Positions 1-9,714 of a DNA stretch of 64,000 nucleotides are shown here, piece by piece. Numbering within the stretch: the first letter of the stretch is position 1; every line of letters starts with the position of its first letter. Origin of the DNA: an uncultured Dehalococcoidia bacterium (lineage in GTDB: Bacteria > Chloroflexota > Dehalococcoidia > Lucifugimonadales > GCA-2712585); NCBI GenBank assembly GCA_964439905.1, contig CAYTPK010000022.1:8639-72638 (forward strand), in the 5' to 3' direction. The notes beneath the pieces are model-generated. The model was not told where the DNA came from and did not search any database. It saw only the letters and a list, made by a program, of their open reading frames with translations. A program made the position numbers and the translations under genes.

Positions 1-924
1 GCAAAAACAGTATTGAGATTGGAGGATCCTACCGAGGGGTCCGTAAAATTATATGGTAAGGACGTCCACTCCCTAAAAGGGGATGATTTAAAGGATTATA
101 GGGCGACTGTACAGGCCGTATTCCAGGACCCATGGTCATCTCTTAGCCCTCGTATGCGAGTTAAAGATTTGATAGCAGAGGCGTTGATTGTTAATCGGAG
201 AGTAGACAAAGAAGAAGTAGCCGCGAGAGTGTCCGAATTGCTGGATCACGTGGGGTTACACCCAGCTCAGGCTTCCTTGTTCCCTCATGAATTTAGTGGA
301 GGGCAGCGGCAGCGTATAGCGGTAGCAAGCGGCCTAGCTTCTTATCCGAAGTTGATTCTACTGGATGAGCCAGTATCGGCGTTGGATGTATCTATTAGAG
401 CTCAAATTCTAAATCTGCTGTGGGACCTACAGCAGGAATATAAAGTTGCCTATCTCATGGTAGCCCATAATCTTGCTACGGTTAGGTACATGGCTCACAG
501 TACCTCTGTAATGTATCTCGGAAAAATAGTTGAGCAGGGTGATACCGAAGAGATATTTAACTATCCACTTCATCCCTATACGCGGGCTCTGTTTTCTGCT
601 GCACTCTCCTCGCATCCGGATATAGTCAGAGATGAAATAATACTGCCGGGCGAAGTACCTTCGCCTATAGATCCGCCATCAGGATGTAGTTTTCACCCAA
701 GGTGTCCTGTCGCTTTAGCTGACCCAGCTTTAATGAAACGGTGTAAAGGTGAATTGCCAGTGTTGGCAGAGGTAGCACCTGGACATCGCGTCGCTTGTCA
801 TCTCTATTCCGGAGGGGCAGATCCATTGCCAGCAGATAAGCTTAAGATGTACAAAGATGGAGGAAAGGCAGAGGCCGTGGCCAAGACACAGTTGGCTGCC
901 ATGACAACCAAAGAAGTGAAATAG
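1..924 (+). CDS. Oligopeptide/dipeptide ABC transporter ATP-binding protein (OppF/DppF type), 5' end outside window
   Basis: Frame 1 is open from nt 1. ABC signature FSGGQRQRIAVA, Walker B LILLDEPVSALD, and an Opp-type C-terminal domain (PLHPYTRALFSA, GCSFHPRCP). Confidence 0.85.
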   Translation, partial: AKTVLRLEDPTEGSVKLYGKDVHSLKGDDLKDYRATVQAVFQDPWSSLSPRMRVKDLIAEALIVNRRVDKEEVAARVSELLDHVGLHPAQASLFPHEFSGGQRQRIAVASGLASYPKLILLDEPVSALDVSIRAQILNLLWDLQQEYKVAYLMVAHNLATVRYMAHSTSVMYLGKIVEQGDTEEIFNYPLHPYTRALFSAALSSHPDIVRDEIILPGEVPSPIDPPSGCSFHPRCPVALADPALMKRCKGELPVLAEVAPGHRVACHLYSGGADPLPADKLKMYKDGGKAEAVAKTQLAAMTTKEVK

Positions 925-1024
925 AGTTTAGGCACGAAAACGGGTCAGAGAAAAGTAACCAAACGTTGACATACGGCCGATAGATTTAATATCGTGTAGT
1001 TAACGAGCTTTCAGGATAGGATTT

Positions 1025-1318
1025 ATGTTGCGTATCTTGCTTCCCGGTTTGTTAATTGCAATCATCGCTCTTCTGATGATATTCAAGGTCAGATCCGCCT
1101 TGAAGTTTCTCGCAACCATTTTTTACTCTAGGATTTCTCCTCTAGGGATGAGTGGTAGTTTGCCATTGTGGGCCAGGTATTATCTGAGTAGCGAGGACTA
1201 CGAAGGTCCTCCCCCGGGAATAGGTCAACTTGAGGAGACCGTGAAACTTTTGGGGTATTCATTGGTAGCAATACCGTTGGCATTGGTGGTTATGGTCCTG
1301 TTCTTTGGATCAGGGTGA
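1025..1318 (+). CDS. Hypothetical small membrane protein
   Basis: 97-aa ORF with hydrophobic N- and C-terminal helices. No recognisable family. Confidence 0.35.
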   Translation: MLRILLPGLLIAIIALLMIFKVRSALKFLATIFYSRISPLGMSGSLPLWARYYLSSEDYEGPPPGIGQLEETVKLLGYSLVAIPLALVVMVLFFGSG

Positions 1319-1371
1319 TGAGAGCATGGAGGAAACGAGCACGATGGGATTGGTCCCATGATTAGGTTGGG

Positions 1372-1890
1372 CTAAGAAACCATCGTATTTCTACCCTTTT
1401 CAGTAACGCTGTAATAACCTTGTTTCCCTCTAACTCTTTCTATCCATCCACAGTTTTTTCTACTCGCGTTACGGATTGTTGTCACAAGGTCAATTGGTTG
1501 TGGCCATCCAACCGCATCGAATAAGGGTTTTAATTCTTCGGTAGAAATGTAATTCATAGATAAAAATAATCTCGCTCCTTCCGCTGCAACGAGTACTCTG
1601 CCTCGATCAGTTCCCGGGTCATGGTGGCTACAGAAGTTAGCAAATAGGGACTGCTGAGTTTGAGGGGTTGTTATTGAAGCTTGATTTAAGTGAGATATAG
1701 AGGCCCGTTTTGTTCCATTGTTGTGATCTGTGGTGACTGGAGTTGATTGAAGAGAGGAATGGTTGTTCGAAAAATATGAGGGTAACAATAGTCTCTCGAC
1801 TAGTGAGAGAAGCTTGTCTTTTGAATTGTCGTCTTCGGCCTTAAGGGTGATTTCTCGCCCGTCTTCTATATGTATGTGTATTGTTAACAT
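1372..1890 (-). CDS. Hypothetical protein, possible C-terminal winged-helix-like domain
   Basis: 172-aa ORF with a low-complexity Ser/Thr/Gln linker. C-terminus reads GWIERVRGKQGYYSVTEKG. No family recognised. Confidence 0.45.
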   Translation of the reverse strand: MLTIHIHIEDGREITLKAEDDNSKDKLLSLVERLLLPSYFSNNHSSLQSTPVTTDHNNGTKRASISHLNQASITTPQTQQSLFANFCSHHDPGTDRGRVLVAAEGARLFLSMNYISTEELKPLFDAVGWPQPIDLVTTIRNASRKNCGWIERVRGKQGYYSVTEKGRNTMVS

Positions 1891-1982
1891 TTATTGATGG
1901 TGTGAGTGCCAAGCCAACATAACTGCCCACGAACGGAAAATCAAGTAGTGCAAAAAATAGAGTTTTCAGATGGGATATTGTT

Positions 1983-3848
1983 CTAAAGAGTTTGTTTTAT
2001 ACGTATAGCTATGGTTCTGGATATGCCAGGTATGCGGGCAATCTCGGTGACAGATGCTAGCCTGAGGTTCGTGGTAGAACCGAATTTGTTTAATAAGAGT
2101 CTCTTGCGTTTTGGGCCAATTCCGCTTATTGAGTCCATCCCGGAGGCAGTTTGTCGTTTAGATCGCAACTTACGGTGATAATTTATGGCGAATCTGTGAG
2201 CTTCATCTCTTAGACGTTGTACCAATTGTAAGCCCGACGATCTACGGTTCAATACGATTGGTTCTGGTGTATGAGGTCTGTGGAGCCACTCATTTTTCTT
2301 GGATAAAGAGGCTATTGGTATGTAATCTATACCGGATTGGAGTAATACTTCCAGTGCTGCAGACAGGTGTCCTTTCCCTCCATCGATAATGATTAAATCG
2401 GGAATGTTCACTGTCCATGATTTTTGGGGTTTAGTGTAGGGCGGGGGAATACGAGACTCGGCCGAACTGCTAGGCAAGCGTTTACATCTGCGCCGAAGGA
2501 TTTCTTGCATCATTGAATAATCATCAATTGCTTTCACGGATTTTACCCTAAAGTGGCGGTATTTGGATGGCTTTGGCAATCCATCTTCGAATACCACCAT
2601 ACTGCCGACGGGGTTAGTGCCGTGAAGGTTAGAAATATCGTAACATTCTATTTTTTCAGGAAGTCGTGGCAGGTGTAATTCTTCTTGTAATTCATGTAGA
2701 GCTATACTAAGAATTTGGGTATTGTCCCAGCGTTTTATGTTTAATTGGCGTAAATGATGTTTCGCGTTTCTTGCTGCCATTTCCACCAATTGTTTATTGG
2801 GGCCCCGCTTTGGAACAATGAGTGAAATCCTTCGTTGTTTTCTCGAACGGAGCCAACCCATGATTTGATTTGCGTCCTCCAGAGGATATTCTACGATTAT
2901 TTGTGAAGGTATAAACGAGGCTGACTGGTAGAATTGTTTAATAAAGCCGCTCATGATTCTACTTGGGATGGTTTCCAGGGCTCCATCCATTAAAAAGTTA
3001 TCCCTGCCGGTTAGCTTCCCGTTGCGTATGTAGAAAATTTCGATACAGGCCTCATTATTACGGATATACATGCCAACGACATCTTGGTCACGTTTTGTGA
3101 CGGAACCTGTTTTGATTTTTTGTTGATTAGCGATAGATTCAAGCGCCGCTATCTGATCTCTGAAAGAGGCGGCCTTTTCGAATTCAAGATATTTTGAGGC
3201 TTGAGCCATTTTTGACCTTAAATCCAAAAGTACGGATTCAGTTTTTCCTTCCAGAAACAGGATAACTTGGTCTATGATATCCTTATATTCTTTGTGATTT
3301 ATTGCTCCAATACATGGGCCAGCACAACGATTTATGTAATACTCCAAACAAGCCCTCTTATCTGTTCCAGTGATGGGTTTTGTACAAGAACGATAAGGGA
3401 ATAACTTATTAAGAAGGGTTAATGTTTTGCGAATGCTTCCCGCATTTGCAAAAGGCCCGAAATATTTTGATCCATCATCATCAACTTTTCTAGTTACGTA
3501 GATTTGGGGAAATGATTCGTTACGATCTATTTTGATATATGGATATGTTTTGTCATCTTTAAGCCTGGCATTAAACGGAGGTTTAAATTTCTTTATAAGT
3601 GTGTTTTCAAGGATAAGGGCTTCTGGATCTGAATCGACCACGATATACTCGAATTCCGAAAGTCTCGATAGCATCTTGCGGATCTTGGGTTCGTGATTGG
3701 GAGACTTCCTAAAATAGTAACGAAGACGATTTTGCAAGTTTGAAGATTTGCCAACGTAAAGGACGCATCCGGCAATATCCTTGAAAATATAGACTCCAGG
3801 ACTTGTGGGTGTAGACGTTAGTCTAGACCCAAAATTTTGCCGTAACAT
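1983..3848 (-). CDS. uvrC: Excinuclease ABC subunit C
   Basis: N-terminal GIY-YIG motif (GVYIFKD...VLYVGKSSNLQNRLRYYF), UVR domain, C-terminal HhH (ISGIGPKRKRLLLNKFGS). 621 aa. Confidence 0.95.
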   Translation of the reverse strand: MLRQNFGSRLTSTPTSPGVYIFKDIAGCVLYVGKSSNLQNRLRYYFRKSPNHEPKIRKMLSRLSEFEYIVVDSDPEALILENTLIKKFKPPFNARLKDDKTYPYIKIDRNESFPQIYVTRKVDDDGSKYFGPFANAGSIRKTLTLLNKLFPYRSCTKPITGTDKRACLEYYINRCAGPCIGAINHKEYKDIIDQVILFLEGKTESVLLDLRSKMAQASKYLEFEKAASFRDQIAALESIANQQKIKTGSVTKRDQDVVGMYIRNNEACIEIFYIRNGKLTGRDNFLMDGALETIPSRIMSGFIKQFYQSASFIPSQIIVEYPLEDANQIMGWLRSRKQRRISLIVPKRGPNKQLVEMAARNAKHHLRQLNIKRWDNTQILSIALHELQEELHLPRLPEKIECYDISNLHGTNPVGSMVVFEDGLPKPSKYRHFRVKSVKAIDDYSMMQEILRRRCKRLPSSSAESRIPPPYTKPQKSWTVNIPDLIIIDGGKGHLSAALEVLLQSGIDYIPIASLSKKNEWLHRPHTPEPIVLNRRSSGLQLVQRLRDEAHRFAINYHRKLRSKRQTASGMDSISGIGPKRKRLLLNKFGSTTNLRLASVTEIARIPGISRTIAIRIKQTL

Positions 3849-3856
3849 TTTTTCTA

Positions 3857-4258
3857 CTACGTTAAAACGAACGATAGGATTATTAATAATCCAAGGACAA
3901 CACCTGAGCAGACTCCGATTCTTCGGAGCTCAGGGCGTATGTAATGGTAAACAGCATCTTGAGTTGAAGATTTATGTGTGGTTTTAGAAGGGTTTGCTAC
4001 TGCTGTTACCGAGGCGGTTTTAGATAAGCTTTTGGGAGCTGGGACTATATCAGAGTTACCATTAGTTATGGGGGTTGGTGCGTATACCCTTTTTTTGGCT
4101 GTCGTTGTCCGGTTTGGAGATAGATCCTCCTGATTGGAAGAGAGGGATAGATCCTCGCTAAAGTTAGTGGTGGAAGATTTAATAGAAAGGCGCTTTGATT
4201 TTTTCTTTTTACCCAAAAGGGCTTTTTTTGCAGCTATTCTCCGTCCTCTGTTAGGCAT
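3857..4258 (-). CDS. Hypothetical tail-anchored protein with a basic, Ser/Thr-rich disordered N-terminal region
   Basis: 133 aa. Lys/Arg-rich N-terminus, long S/T/N-rich stretch, single C-terminal TM helix (RRIGVCSGVVLGLLIILSFVL). Lies 8 nt upstream of uvrC and 17 nt downstream of the cmk-like gene. Confidence 0.5.
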   Translation of the reverse strand: MPNRGRRIAAKKALLGKKKKSKRLSIKSSTTNFSEDLSLSSNQEDLSPNRTTTAKKRVYAPTPITNGNSDIVPAPKSLSKTASVTAVANPSKTTHKSSTQDAVYHYIRPELRRIGVCSGVVLGLLIILSFVLT

Positions 4259-4275
4259 TAATTATTTCAGGGCTC

Positions 4276-4989
4276 CTAATTTATTTGGTAGGCCATATCT
4301 TGGGTTGCGTGTGCTATGATCTCGGCGGCTGTTTCAGTTTTCAAATGTTCCATGTTGAGAATCATGTGGTAGAGATTAGAATCTAATGCATCTACGTTAA
4401 ATGCTTTTTTGAAGAAGTTTAGTCGTGCAGTTTCATGTTCATCTACGAACTGTGTCGCGGCTTGTTCATCAAGATGTTCCCTATTCATTATGGTTTGGAC
4501 GCGTCGTTCAAATGGGGCTATTATATCTACATGAAGGGTATTACCATGATCTGCAAGTATTCTATTAGCACCTCTTCCTAGTAGTACTACATTTCCCTTT
4601 TTGGCTAATCCATTGATTACACTCGTCATTGCATTTGTAAACTGTTTGATATCCAGGTCACTACTAGCTGTTATGGGATCTTGTTCTTCTTGAGAATAGT
4701 AGTCTTTAGATAATAAAACTTCGATTCCCGGGCCGAAGTATGGCTCACTTCCTGCACCCGCCATTGCAGATCTTTCTAGAAGATTGTGGACGAAATTTGC
4801 TATTTTATCTTTCGTGGTTCGTGTCTCATGTTCTTTAGTTGCAACCGCTTGAACCGTTGCTCCCAGCAGTTTCGCTGCCTCTGCAAAAATTAGACGATCG
4901 ACATAGTCATAATTGAGTAAATTCGCTACCCTTAGGCCGACTTCCTGTCCGCCTGACCCTATTTGTCCCTGAATTGTTACCACGGCCAT
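4276..4989 (-). CDS. Cytidylate kinase-like family P-loop protein
   Basis: N-terminal ITIQGQIGSGGQEVG P-loop-like motif and overall layout typical of the cytidylate-kinase-like (AAA_28/Cytidylate_kin2) family. 237 aa. Confidence 0.65.
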   Translation of the reverse strand: MAVVTIQGQIGSGGQEVGLRVANLLNYDYVDRLIFAEAAKLLGATVQAVATKEHETRTTKDKIANFVHNLLERSAMAGAGSEPYFGPGIEVLLSKDYYSQEEQDPITASSDLDIKQFTNAMTSVINGLAKKGNVVLLGRGANRILADHGNTLHVDIIAPFERRVQTIMNREHLDEQAATQFVDEHETARLNFFKKAFNVDALDSNLYHMILNMEHLKTETAAEIIAHATQDMAYQIN

Positions 4990-5174
4990 AATTCAGACCT
5001 CTTTCACAGACGATGTCTGGAGATAAGCTGTGCTCACAGAATTATACATTAGACATAAGCCGGTGGCTAATGAAAGGGGCAACGTGGATATGGATTCTGG
5101 TGGTGAGTCACAGTAGTTGAGACAGTCAATTCTTAATCCTTACAAAAGTCGTTTGAGTTTATTGTTCCTATTGT

Positions 5175-6107
5175 TTATGCATGTGGATGACTTTTGTCGT
5201 ATTCTTTTCTTAGATGTTCGTTCGTTAAGTGTGTATAAATTTGTGTAGTGGTGATGCTCGCATGTCCCAGTAGTTCTTGGACATGTCTCAAGGGCGCTCC
5301 ACCTTGGAGCATGTGAGTGGCGAAGCTGTGCCGAAGAATGTGCGGTGCGATGGGTGTTGAAATGTTGGCTCGTCTGGCGGCGCTCTTCAAGATTGCCCAT
5401 ATCCATTGTCTGGTTAAACGGTCCCCACGACGATTCAAGAAAAGGGCCCTTTCTTTAGACCCGTTAGCCATTTTAGATCTGGACCCTTTAAGGTATTGTT
5501 CTAGGGCTTTAGCGGCTCTGGGATGAAGATATACAAGCCTCTCCTTTCCGCCTTTACCGAAGCACCTAGCGTAGTTTTCAGAGATATTCACGTCCTCTTT
5601 ATTTAACGAGACTAATTCGGTTACTCGTATTCCCGTTGCATATAATAATTCAATAATTGCCCAGTCTCGTTGCCCTTCTCCTGAATCTTGGTTTTTCGCC
5701 TTTTCCAATAGCGTGTCAACTTCTGTAGGAGATAAGTATTTGGGGAGGTTTCTCTCTGGTCTGGGCGCAGACAAGGAGCGACTAGGATCGTTATACAAAA
5801 AGCCTTCATCTAAAAGAAACGAGAAGAACGATTTGATTGCTGCTACTTTCCGGGCCGTGGTGCTGTCTCTATAGCTTTTTGCACTTCGTAAATCGTATAC
5901 GTACTCAGAAAGCATACTCGTATCTACATCCTGCCAAGTTGGAGTACTGTTCCGTTTGTTAGTATTTTTGTCTACGTACTCCATGAACTGATGTAGATCG
6001 TTTCTGTAGGCATCGAGCGTATTATTAGAAAATCCTCTTTCTACCACTAAAAAATGAAGGAAGGACTTAATGGATTCTTGCTTGGTTGCATCGACAGTAT
6101 TTTTCAT
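5175..6107 (-). CDS. Tyrosine site-specific recombinase, XerC/XerD family
   Basis: N-terminal SAM-like core-binding domain (FLHFLVVERGFSNNTLDAYRNDL). Catalytic region ATGIRVTEL...LRHSFATHMLQGGAPLRHVQELLGHASITTTQIYTH. Confidence 0.85.
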   Translation of the reverse strand: MKNTVDATKQESIKSFLHFLVVERGFSNNTLDAYRNDLHQFMEYVDKNTNKRNSTPTWQDVDTSMLSEYVYDLRSAKSYRDSTTARKVAAIKSFFSFLLDEGFLYNDPSRSLSAPRPERNLPKYLSPTEVDTLLEKAKNQDSGEGQRDWAIIELLYATGIRVTELVSLNKEDVNISENYARCFGKGGKERLVYLHPRAAKALEQYLKGSRSKMANGSKERALFLNRRGDRLTRQWIWAILKSAARRANISTPIAPHILRHSFATHMLQGGAPLRHVQELLGHASITTTQIYTHLTNEHLRKEYDKSHPHA

Positions 6108-6202
6108 GTGGAAAATTCTAGCATAGGCTGAATTTTGGTTGTTCCGATTTTCCGTGCAAGAATTGACGATTTATCGCGGTAAGTTCTACAATTGGGAAGC
6201 CA

Positions 6203-6895
6203 ATGCCTACTGTTATCGACCTTCATGTTCATACAACTCGTGGTAGCAGCGATAGTAGTTTGACCCCTGAAGCGATGATTGTAGAGGCAAAGAGAATCGG
6301 ACTGAAGGGCATTTGTATTACTGAGCACAATACCCTCTGGGATAAATCGATCTTTAAGGAATTTGCCTATAGGCATGACATGCTGCTTATACGGGGAGTG
6401 GAAGTCGATACTGATATGGGTCATGTTTTGGCTTTTGGCCTAGACGAGTATGTTTCAGGCATATCAAAAATCCAAGAACTTAGAAAAATAATCTCGGAAC
6501 TTGGTGGGGCTATGATCACCGCACATCCGTTTAGGGGTTTATTGGATAAACGTCCCAATAGTTGGCCACTTCTATACGAATCGACTGAGATTCTTCCGAA
6601 TGATGTAGATGAAGCGGGTAATCATCCAATTTTTGGGCTAGTGGATGGGGTAGAAGTAGCTAACGGAAGTACTATCGATGAAGAAAATAGTTTTGCATAC
6701 AGGGTTACTGAAAAACTTCGACTTAGTGGCACTGGCGGTAGCGATGCTCATTCTACCCATGGTTTGGGACGATGTACTACGGTTTTTCAAAAGGAGATTA
6801 GATCCGAGAAGGAATTTATCGAGGCACTGAAAACAGGAAGTTTTTACGCTAGTTATGGATTGAGGATGGGTAAGGTCAGACCATTCAATAGTTGA
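6203..6895 (+). CDS. PHP-domain metal-dependent phosphoesterase
   Basis: IDLHVHTTRGSSDS N-terminal His motif, internal ITEHN, C-terminal GGSDAHS. 230 aa. Confidence 0.8.
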   Translation: MPTVIDLHVHTTRGSSDSSLTPEAMIVEAKRIGLKGICITEHNTLWDKSIFKEFAYRHDMLLIRGVEVDTDMGHVLAFGLDEYVSGISKIQELRKIISELGGAMITAHPFRGLLDKRPNSWPLLYESTEILPNDVDEAGNHPIFGLVDGVEVANGSTIDEENSFAYRVTEKLRLSGTGGSDAHSTHGLGRCTTVFQKEIRSEKEFIEALKTGSFYASYGLRMGKVRPFNS

Positions 6896-6918
6896 ATACA
6901 AAAGGAAGTTATATCTAA

Positions 6919-9714
6919 GTGTCGGATAGCATGATCCCTATTCTGAAAGAAGTTTTTGTATCCTTAGATCTGGAAACCACTGGATTGGATCCGCATGCGG
7001 ATCAGATCATAGAAATTGGTGCCGTGAAGTTTCGTGGACAGGAGATCCTGGGCACTTTTGAGACTTATGTAGATCCACGTATGCCTATTCCAAAATTCAT
7101 CGAGAGGCTTACAGGGATTAATCAGAATATGATAGAGAATGCCCCACTGTTTCCGGATGTGGCATATGATTTAGCAGCATTTTTGGGAGAACATCCAATT
7201 ATTGCTCACAATGTAGCTTTCGACATTAGATTCTTGTTGACTAAAGGGCTAAGGTTGACCAATAAAACGTATGATACATGGGATCTTGCATCCGTGTTTT
7301 TACCCAAAGCAATGGATTATTCGCTTCCAATCTTATCCAAAAAATTGAATATCAATCCTGGGAGATCGCACAGAGCCTTGGATGATGCTCAGACAACCAG
7401 ACAGCTTTTTCTGGGATTGATGGCGTACGCATCTAAAATCGATCCAGAAACAATTGATAGGCTTGAATTATTATCAAAAAAGTCCGGGTGGAACATCGGT
7501 AACCTGATGCAATCTCTAGAGGGATTAACAACCGGATTCCCGAAACACGCTAACTTCCAGCGTATTGAAGAAAAGTTAAAACAAGAAGTCACACGTTCTA
7601 ACCCTAGAAAAAGCAAGGAATTATTGGACGTAGAAGATATGAAATCATTGGTCTCCAGTACTGGGCTTATGTCTCAATTATTCCAGGGATTTGAATACAG
7701 ACCCCAGCAGGAGGCTATGGTAACCGCTGTAACGAAGGCCTTCAACGAAGGGAGACACCTGATTGTAGAAGGAGCCACGGGCGTAGGGAAATCAATTGCT
7801 TATTTGCTACCGGCTATGCTCTATGCAGCAAAAAACGATGTAAAAGTAGTAATTTCAACCAATACCATCAATTTACAAGAACAATTGTTGCAGAAAGATA
7901 TTCCAAGATTAAAGGCAATTTTGGAAACGTCGGGTTTGATTGATAGAGATCAAATTAGAGCCGTTAGTTTAAAAGGTAGGGGTAATTATCTCTGTGTTAG
8001 GCGCTGGGAGTCGCTTAGCAATAGCGATCAGTTAAATATTGATGAAGCAAGATTGTTGAGTAAATGTTTAGTTTGGATGCAATCTACAGAAACTGGTGAT
8101 CGAAGTGAGATTAATTTATCTCGTAAAGAGCGAACCTTGTGGTTTAGATTATCGGCGGGGGATAAAGGTAAATGTCCAGGTCTTAAGGATGGAAGATGTT
8201 TCCTTAGATTGTCCAGGCAGAGATCTGAGACGGCTGACATAATTGTCGTCAACCATGCCTTACTTTTATCTGATCTCACACATGGCGGCGGATTGATTCC
8301 AAGCTATGATAATTTGGTTATTGATGAGGCGCATCATCTTGAGGATCAAGCGACGAGACAATTCGGATTACAGGTTTCTCAAGAATGGGGACGGGAAAGT
8401 TTAGATAATTTAGAACGGTTGATTCAGTCGATATTGAGATTACAATCAGGACAGACTCTTAGTGATAATCAATGGGAATATATTCGGAATGCAGAGACTA
8501 AAATCAAGATGGATATTCCCAAAATGCTACAGTTGTGGGACCACACTTGGTCTCTTCTTTATGAACTTATGGCTAGTTATGAAAGAGAATTTAGCTTTGG
8601 GTTACAACTTAGGGTAACCCAAAGTGTGCGCAATCAACCCAAATGGGATGAATTAGAGATTTCATGGGACAATTGCTCCATCAATTTGTTGCAAACACAA
8701 AGTAGACTTGAAAAGCTTATTCAATATTTAGAAGATCTTGATTTTGGTAAAGGACTTGGATTGGACCTTATAATTTCAGATTTAGACACATTGTTGGATG
8801 GAATGAGTGAAATTAGAAATAGAATGGACGCGATTGTGGGGGCAAATAATGATGAAAGGAATATCCATTGGATCGCCAAAACTGCTGTTGGGGCATTGGC
8901 GTTGAATATGGCTCCTTTGGATATCGCTCCACATCTGAAATCAGAATTGATAGACCAAAAATCGTCGGTTATTTTTACCAGTGCCACTTTAGGTACTGCA
9001 GGAAATTTTGATTTTATACGGCAACGATTGGGGCTCGATGATGTGGACGAATTGATGGTAGACTCTCCATTCGATTATCGAAATGCTATCCTTTTAGCTG
9101 TGCCTACGGATATTCCAGATCCTGGAGCGCGGGAATATAAATCAAAATTGGTTATGGGCTTGGATGCAATATCACGCGTGACTGGTGGACACACGTTAGT
9201 GTTATTTACCTCTCACAACGCTTTAAGAGAGGCTCGAGATCATCTGGTGAATTTCTTGGAACCCAATGGTATCAGAGTCATTGCCCAGGGCCTCGATGGG
9301 CCTCCTCAGAGAGTCATACAACAGTTTATTGATAATCCCAGAAGTATTCTCTTAGGTACAAGTAGTTTTTGGGAAGGAGTCGACATGCCAGAGGGGGTAC
9401 TGAAAGCACTGGTTATTGCTCGGCTACCATTTAATGTTCCAACCGAACCGACGTTTGCGGCCAGATCCGAGCAATTTGAAGAACCTTTCAATCAGTATGC
9501 CATACCTCAGGCAATACTTCGTTTTCGGCAAGGATTTGGTAGGTTAATGAGGCGGGCCAACGATAGTGGCATAGTGGTTATTATGGATCATCGAGTGATG
9601 AGTAAAACCTATGGTCAGAGTTTCTTGAATTCTCTACCTGAGTGTACCGTTAGAACTGGACCACTGACAACACTGACTACTCTTATTGGCAAATGGATTA
9701 ATAGGGAAGCATGA
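6919..9714 (+). CDS. dinG: DinG-family ATP-dependent helicase with N-terminal DnaQ-like 3'-5' exonuclease domain
   Basis: DEDD exonuclease motifs (VSLDLETTGLD, AHNVAFDIRFL, HRALDDA). Helicase motif I GATGVGKS and motif II VIDEAHHL. Four Cys lie between motifs I and II. 931 aa. The start may be the internal ATG four codons downstream of the GTG. Confidence 0.9.
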   Translation: MSDSMIPILKEVFVSLDLETTGLDPHADQIIEIGAVKFRGQEILGTFETYVDPRMPIPKFIERLTGINQNMIENAPLFPDVAYDLAAFLGEHPIIAHNVAFDIRFLLTKGLRLTNKTYDTWDLASVFLPKAMDYSLPILSKKLNINPGRSHRALDDAQTTRQLFLGLMAYASKIDPETIDRLELLSKKSGWNIGNLMQSLEGLTTGFPKHANFQRIEEKLKQEVTRSNPRKSKELLDVEDMKSLVSSTGLMSQLFQGFEYRPQQEAMVTAVTKAFNEGRHLIVEGATGVGKSIAYLLPAMLYAAKNDVKVVISTNTINLQEQLLQKDIPRLKAILETSGLIDRDQIRAVSLKGRGNYLCVRRWESLSNSDQLNIDEARLLSKCLVWMQSTETGDRSEINLSRKERTLWFRLSAGDKGKCPGLKDGRCFLRLSRQRSETADIIVVNHALLLSDLTHGGGLIPSYDNLVIDEAHHLEDQATRQFGLQVSQEWGRESLDNLERLIQSILRLQSGQTLSDNQWEYIRNAETKIKMDIPKMLQLWDHTWSLLYELMASYEREFSFGLQLRVTQSVRNQPKWDELEISWDNCSINLLQTQSRLEKLIQYLEDLDFGKGLGLDLIISDLDTLLDGMSEIRNRMDAIVGANNDERNIHWIAKTAVGALALNMAPLDIAPHLKSELIDQKSSVIFTSATLGTAGNFDFIRQRLGLDDVDELMVDSPFDYRNAILLAVPTDIPDPGAREYKSKLVMGLDAISRVTGGHTLVLFTSHNALREARDHLVNFLEPNGIRVIAQGLDGPPQRVIQQFIDNPRSILLGTSSFWEGVDMPEGVLKALVIARLPFNVPTEPTFAARSEQFEEPFNQYAIPQAILRFRQGFGRLMRRANDSGIVVIMDHRVMSKTYGQSFLNSLPECTVRTGPLTTLTTLIGKWINREA

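Noticed and set aside
5175-6107. Tyrosine recombinase as a marker of an integrated mobile element
   Set aside because: It has XerC/D-type architecture. There is no adjacent tRNA target, direct repeats, or phage, plasmid or transposition genes. The neighbours are housekeeping repair genes.
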